A DNA stretch of 63,978 nt, the filler included, from Craspedostauros australis (taxonomy: Eukaryota), in assembly GCA_030167865.1 (NCBI GenBank). It is 19 parts of 19 records of this genome, joined end to end, with 100 filler letters (N's around TTAATTAATTAA, not from the genome) between each part and the next. Parts side by side here need not be neighbours in the genome. Positions count along the whole stretch, not along the records: positions 59,078 to 61,124 come from JALAGF010000593.1; positions 61,225 to 62,865 come from JALAGF010000597.1; positions 62,966 to 63,978 come from JALAGF010000759.1; 16 more parts are not named here. The stretch is one strand, 5' to 3'. Below are positions 59,078 to 63,978 of this stretch, piece by piece. Positions within the stretch are counted from its first letter, which is position 1, and each line of letters opens with the position of its first letter. The position numbers and the translations under genes are program-made. The notes below the pieces were generated by a model. It did no database searches. It saw only the letters and a list, made by a program, of their open reading frames with translations, and was not told the DNA's origin.

Positions 59078-61124
59078 AGGAGGTCCAAGACAGCCCAGTC
59101 GCCGACGACTGGAAGATGCAATGGCTGCGTGAAGCCATCGCTCCAGACAACGACCTCTGTCATGCTCTCGACGACGCCGACGCTCTCCAAACCAACATGA
59201 GCCTCACCACCGGCAAGATGGACTTCTCGTTGGACTTCGATGCCTTCCTCGGCATTGTGCGTCGTTCCGCGCAACGCAACGACTTGCGCAACCCGCGCAA
59301 CAAGACGAAGCGCAGGATCAACAACACCAACAAGGACAACGAGAAAGGCGGAGACAACGCCAACAAGAACAAGACCGGAACCCTCCGCATCCCGGATGAC
59401 GAGTGGAAGAAGATGACCTGGCCTCAGAAGAAAGCGCACATGGAGGCGCGTGGCCAATGGGACCCTTCCAAGAACAAGAGCAAGAACAAGTCCCAGCGTC
59501 AGGCCAACAAGACCGCTGGCACTGACAAGACCTCATCGGGATCCTCTTCTGGGGAGACCGGTACCAAGACAAGCGCTGCCCCCGGTGACGCTATCAAGCG
59601 TATGCTGGCAAACACACAGACCAGCAAGAGTGAAGAGATCACAGTCGATGGTAAGGTCTACCGCGCTGTGAACATCACTGACATTCGCTACAGCTTCAAC
59701 AAGGCAACCACCGACATGTCTGGCTCCCTAATTGATAGTGGTGCGAACGGGGGTCTCGCAGGAGACGATGTCGTGGTCCTGGACAGGACCGGACACACCG
59801 CTGACATCAACGGGATTGGCGATACCACGATCGTCAACCTCGACATCGGTACCGTGGCTGGCCTCGTCATGTCGACTGAAGGGCCCATCATCGCGAAGTT
59901 CTACCAGTATGCCATCCATGGGAAAGGCAAGACAATCCATTCCTCCAACCAACTCGGAGCGTTTGGGTTGGATGTGAACGAGCGTCCAAGCAGCCTACCA
60001 GGTGGTCGCCAATCCATCATTGTGCCAGACGGACACATCATCCCTCTTGCGATCCGACAAGGCCTGTCGTACATGGACATGCGTCCACCCACAGCCAAAG
60101 AGATGGACACCTATCCGCACGTTGACTTCACAGCGGATGAGGTTTGGGATCCATCCGCACTCGATCAAGAAACCCTGACGGCGGAACAGTCACTCGATGA
60201 AGTTTCTGAGGAAACTTTCGAATCTCAGGACGCCCTTAAGGTTTCCAAGACCAAGAAACTCGGTGAGATGACAACACCGGTTACCATCCAACGTACGCCA
60301 ATCGACTACGAGGCGCTCCGCCCGCGGTTCGGTTGGATCCCCGCTCTACGCATCCGAGACACACTCCGCTGTACCTCCCAATGGTACCGCTCTTCCGAAC
60401 GTTTTGCGATGCGCAAGCATTTCAAGACAAGATTCCCGGCAGCCAACGTCAACCGTCTCCACGAGACAGTGGCGATGGACACACTCTTTTCCGATACACC
60501 AGCACACAATGATGGTGTTCCAGGACATGGTGGGTGCACCATGATACAGATCTACGTTGCTGTGGACTCTCGCTTCACTGCTGGATTCCCGATGGCATCT
60601 GAGAGGCAGGTCTCCAGCACTTTTCAGGAGTTCATCCGGCGCCATGGAGCTCCGGACCTCCTGATGTCTGATAATGCGAAAGCAGAGATCGGATTCAAGA
60701 TGCAAGACATCCTCCGGCAATACGCCATTGCTGACCACCAAAGCGAGCCCGAGCATCAGCACCAGAACGCCGCTGAGCGACGCATCCAGGACATCAAGCG
60801 GATGACCAACGGTGTCATGGACCGAACGGGCACCCCTGCTCGCTTCTGGTTGATCTGCACGATGTATGTCATCGTCCTCTTCAATCACCTGGCACAACAA
60901 ACTGCAGGCAACGTCACACCGATGCAGGCTGCCTATGGGCATCGTCCTGACGTGAGCAAGTTCATGTGCTACCACTGGTGGCAGCCAGTGTACTACCGAG
61001 TCGAGAAGCCTGGCTTCCCCAGCCAGTCTCGCGAGCGCAGGGGACGCTGGGCGGGACCGTGTCTCCACAAGGGAGATGATCTGACGTACTGGGTGCTCGA
61101 CGACGAGACGCAGCAGCTCCTCCC
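59078..61124 (+). mobile_element. CoDi-like Ty1/copia gag end - protease - integrase fragment
   Basis: Protease LIDSGANGGLAG; integrase RKHFKTRFPAANV, VAMDTLFSD, LMSDNAKAE, SEPEHQHQNAAERRIQ; PR-INT order is copia-type. Confidence 0.9.
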
Positions 61125-61224
61125 NNNNNNNNNNNNNNNNNNNNNNNNNNNNNNNNNNNNNNNNNNNNTTAATTAATTAANNNNNNNNNNNNNNNNNNNN
61201 NNNNNNNNNNNNNNNNNNNNNNNN

Positions 61225-61388
61225 AACATGGTAATCAACAAAACCATTGAAATCATTTTCGTCAAATCCGAGCAGAACACAAGCGACGGATTCACCAAGA
61301 ACATCAAGACCGACTTGCAACGAGAGCATGAAAATTCGTACCTTGACACATCAAGAACATTCGAATGACCGAATGCACACAGGAAGGG
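61225..61388 (+). mobile_element. Copia RNase H C-terminus (stop at 61368) and polypurine tract AGGAAGGG (61381-61388)
   Basis: IEIIFVKSEQNTSDGFTKN...*, then a purine run immediately before TGTCGA. Confidence 0.8.
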
Positions 61389-62152
61389 TGTCGAGATGTA
61401 CATACGTGTATATGTCAAGATGTACATGTATATGTGCATCGTTCACCTGCTATTCTCTTATACATGTATGGACGGTACAACTACATTTGTGTCGATAATA
61501 TGCTGTAATTTGGCAAAATCACAGTGGAAATGGAACACAGAAACATGAGGAGAATTTCTGGAGGAAATTTGCAATCAACGATTTCTGAGAGAATCAAGAA
61601 TATCGTCCGTCCATCCATCAATGGTACCAAGAGAATCTCAAGGTACTTCCCAACTAAACCTCAGATGACGATATCATCTGACAGGCTACTGCATCACCAA
61701 TGGAACGTGACATCTGGAGAGCAGAAGGACGCCTACTGACGTCGACAGGATGTCATCGTGTCACCACATCGACATCTGTCTCCAAGTCAGAGCAGGAGGC
61801 AAAGATCCGATGACCGAAGAGCATCAAGATCATGGATACGGGAGATGAACTTCAAATGGTAAGTACTCATGGAGTAGGAACCAGTAGTAAATGAATGGAG
61901 TGTCGAATGTGGAGTACGCATCGAACACGGAGTATCATGTAGCACGAAGTGCACGATACTGAGACTGAGACAGAGAGAGAGAATACGAAGAGCAGCGAGA
62001 GAGCATCTCGCATACCAACACTCATAGTTGGGTCAGGAGATCAAATCTACGAGACAGATTGAAGCGCCAAGAGCATTGGGCAAGAGAACGGGCATACACC
62101 GAGAGGATCGGAGTAGCCAAGTAATGAAATAGCAAACAAACGACTATCAACA
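61389..62152 (+). repeat. Probable 3' LTR (TGTCGA...TCAACA); right boundary tentative
   Basis: Begins with TG directly after the PPT; imperfect terminal inverted repeat TCAACA at 62147-62152; no coding signal. Confidence 0.55.
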
Positions 62153-62965
62153 ACACCATCTTCCACGATCGCAGGCTTCCGTGAGCGGAACTTGCCAACA
62201 GCATACACTTGTGTCCTGTGCGACATCATGCACGAACTGCAGCACCAACAACAACAAGCTGACTGTCGCAGTACGCTCCACTTCATCAAGTTGGATTCGA
62301 GCCCTTCCAGCCAGGCACGACCCCCGTTGGGTCCACCACCATTTCCCACGCAGCTCCTTCCACACCAACGAAACCAATGAACGCGGAAACCATCTGATCG
62401 GCAATGACGACCACGACGATGCCAGCGGTGGCTGGACCATCTTCTTCATGTCGCATTGGCCAATGATGCTGCACAGTAGCGTACCTTATGCCAACCAGGA
62501 TCATCTGCAATTCATGCACAGAAGACCATGCGTATCTTGCGGTTTAGCCAGACCGTGCTGTGAACGACACAGGAGTGCATGGACCAGTATGCCGCATGGA
62601 TCAGCAAAGGTGACAGTGAAGGCATGCCGGACGCACCATTGAATGAATGGATCATTAATTGCTCAAGTTCCTTTGACACAGTTTCTATCCTAATGACTAT
62701 TCTGACGATTAGGTTTATCCATCAACTCAATTCCGCCATGCGTTCACTTCTCGAAGACTTCTGTTATGGTATGGCATGGTGTGGCACTTCACTCCTCTTC
62801 TTCAGCAGCGCCGTCCGTCTCAACCACTTTGGATCAATTGGTTCTCATTGAGCGGACGAGGTCCANNNNNNNNNNNNNNNNNNNNNNNNNNNNNNNNNNN
62901 NNNNNNNNNTTAATTAATTAANNNNNNNNNNNNNNNNNNNNNNNNNNNNNNNNNNNNNNNNNNNN

Positions 62966-63978
62966 CCCATCCCAGCTCGGCAAGGGGACCAAACGGCCGC
63001 CGAGCAAGAAGAAGGCGACCTCGCCCAAGGCAACACCGGGGATGCCAACAACCCACCGAACCCTGGTGAAACCGAGGGAACCGCAGGACGCGAAGGGAAC
63101 GTAGGCAACCAAACTGGATCCACTGGAGGTGCCTTTCCTTTCGACGCCGACGAAGACCCCATCGGACCCGGAACCACGTACGTGGCGTACGAAAGCGAAG
63201 ACAAGCCAGAGAAGCCCATCATGGGTGGCCTCACCAAAGCTGGTCGTCACTGGGTGCCCTGGACGGGAGGGAAACCAAACGTCGAGTGGACTGGCCTTGC
63301 GGAAGACGCAGCCACGTCCTACGACAGCTCCCAACAGCAGCGTGTCCTCCACAACGGCTCGGACTCCAAGAACCAACCGGAGCGGGAGAAAGGCATCCGC
63401 CCTCGCTTTCGGATCGGAGACAACCGTCAGCGCATGCTGCGCCTCCTCAAGGATCACATGTCCACCGCAGGCCTCATCTCGATGACCTACATGAGGAGCA
63501 ACGAACACCCCGACGAAATGGTGTGCGTCCTCGACGCCCCAGGCAGCACCACCATCAGCCAAGCCACTGACCACCATGATGCCTATCGCCACTTGTGGGA
63601 TCGATACGACAAGCAGAACAACGCATCTGCTGCTCGATTCCTCCGCGACAGCCTTGACCCTGACCTCGAAGACCGCCTGATGAANCGCATCAAGCCGAAG
63701 TACCAACAAGACTTCAACGTGATTTTCACCGAGCTCATCAAGAGCATCACGTCAAGCTCGCTNGACAAGTACGCACGGCTCCAAGAGAAGGTCAGAAAGA
63801 CCACGCCCCAGAAGTTTCAGGGAGAGAACATCCAAGCAATGGCTGACGCTCTCCGCATCATGTGCAAGGAACTTCAAGATGCCGACCAGTTCGAGATCTC
63901 GCTCCTCCGTACCATGACAGACAACTTCTTCATGGCAGGAGGCAGAACCACGTCAGGAGAACGATACCGTCATCGAAT
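62966..63978 (+). mobile_element. gag ORF fragment paralogous to 49236-50798 (open to window end; absent from the ORF track)
   Basis: PIMGGLTKAGRHWVPWTGGKPNVEWTGL...QQQRVLHNG...MVCVLDAP...WDRYD..NN..AARFLRDSLDP...FQGENI aligns with the 49236 ORF. Confidence 0.75.

Noticed and set aside
12690..62965. Recurrent TTAATTAATTAA as a biological repeat or CRISPR-like array
   Set aside because: Always embedded in N-runs at a fixed 100-bp length; it is a six-frame-stop assembly spacer.

Overview
Eukaryotic nuclear DNA, most consistent with a diatom (probably pennate). Evidence: GT-AG introns, bipartite signal+ASAFAP-type plastid presequences, DNMT5, CoDi-like Ty1/copia and Ambal-like LINE pieces. The window is not one locus. 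It is 19 contigs joined by 18 artificial 100-bp linkers (N-run + TTAATTAATTAA + N-run), so adjacency across linkers means nothing. Two gene-rich contigs hold ordinary host genes. Contig 1-12689: USP deubiquitinase, a small spliced plastid membrane protein, eIF3d, RWDD2-like protein, vacuolar sorting receptor. Contig 19232-39750: secreted orphan, plastid SSB, DTWD1, a 5-exon DNMT5 methyltransferase-SNF2 gene, a sterol desaturase-family enzyme, a Cys-rich secreted protein. The other short contigs are mostly retrotransposon fragments plus partial genes (ankyrin repeat, FAAL-ACP-Pls-like membrane synthetase, CDC123, STAND ATPase, PTSG-repeat mucin-like protein). Best leads: (1) a canonical PCNA-binding PIP box plus Tudor-like modules at the N-terminus of DNMT5; (2) an unrecognised ~220-aa Cys4 domain between nucleocapsid and protease in two divergent Copia elements; (3) a FAAL-ACP enzyme fused to a poly-lysine-synthetase-like membrane module; (4) an unassigned structured, tRNA-like element downstream of DNMT5. 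All calls come from reading motifs by eye; no searches were run.
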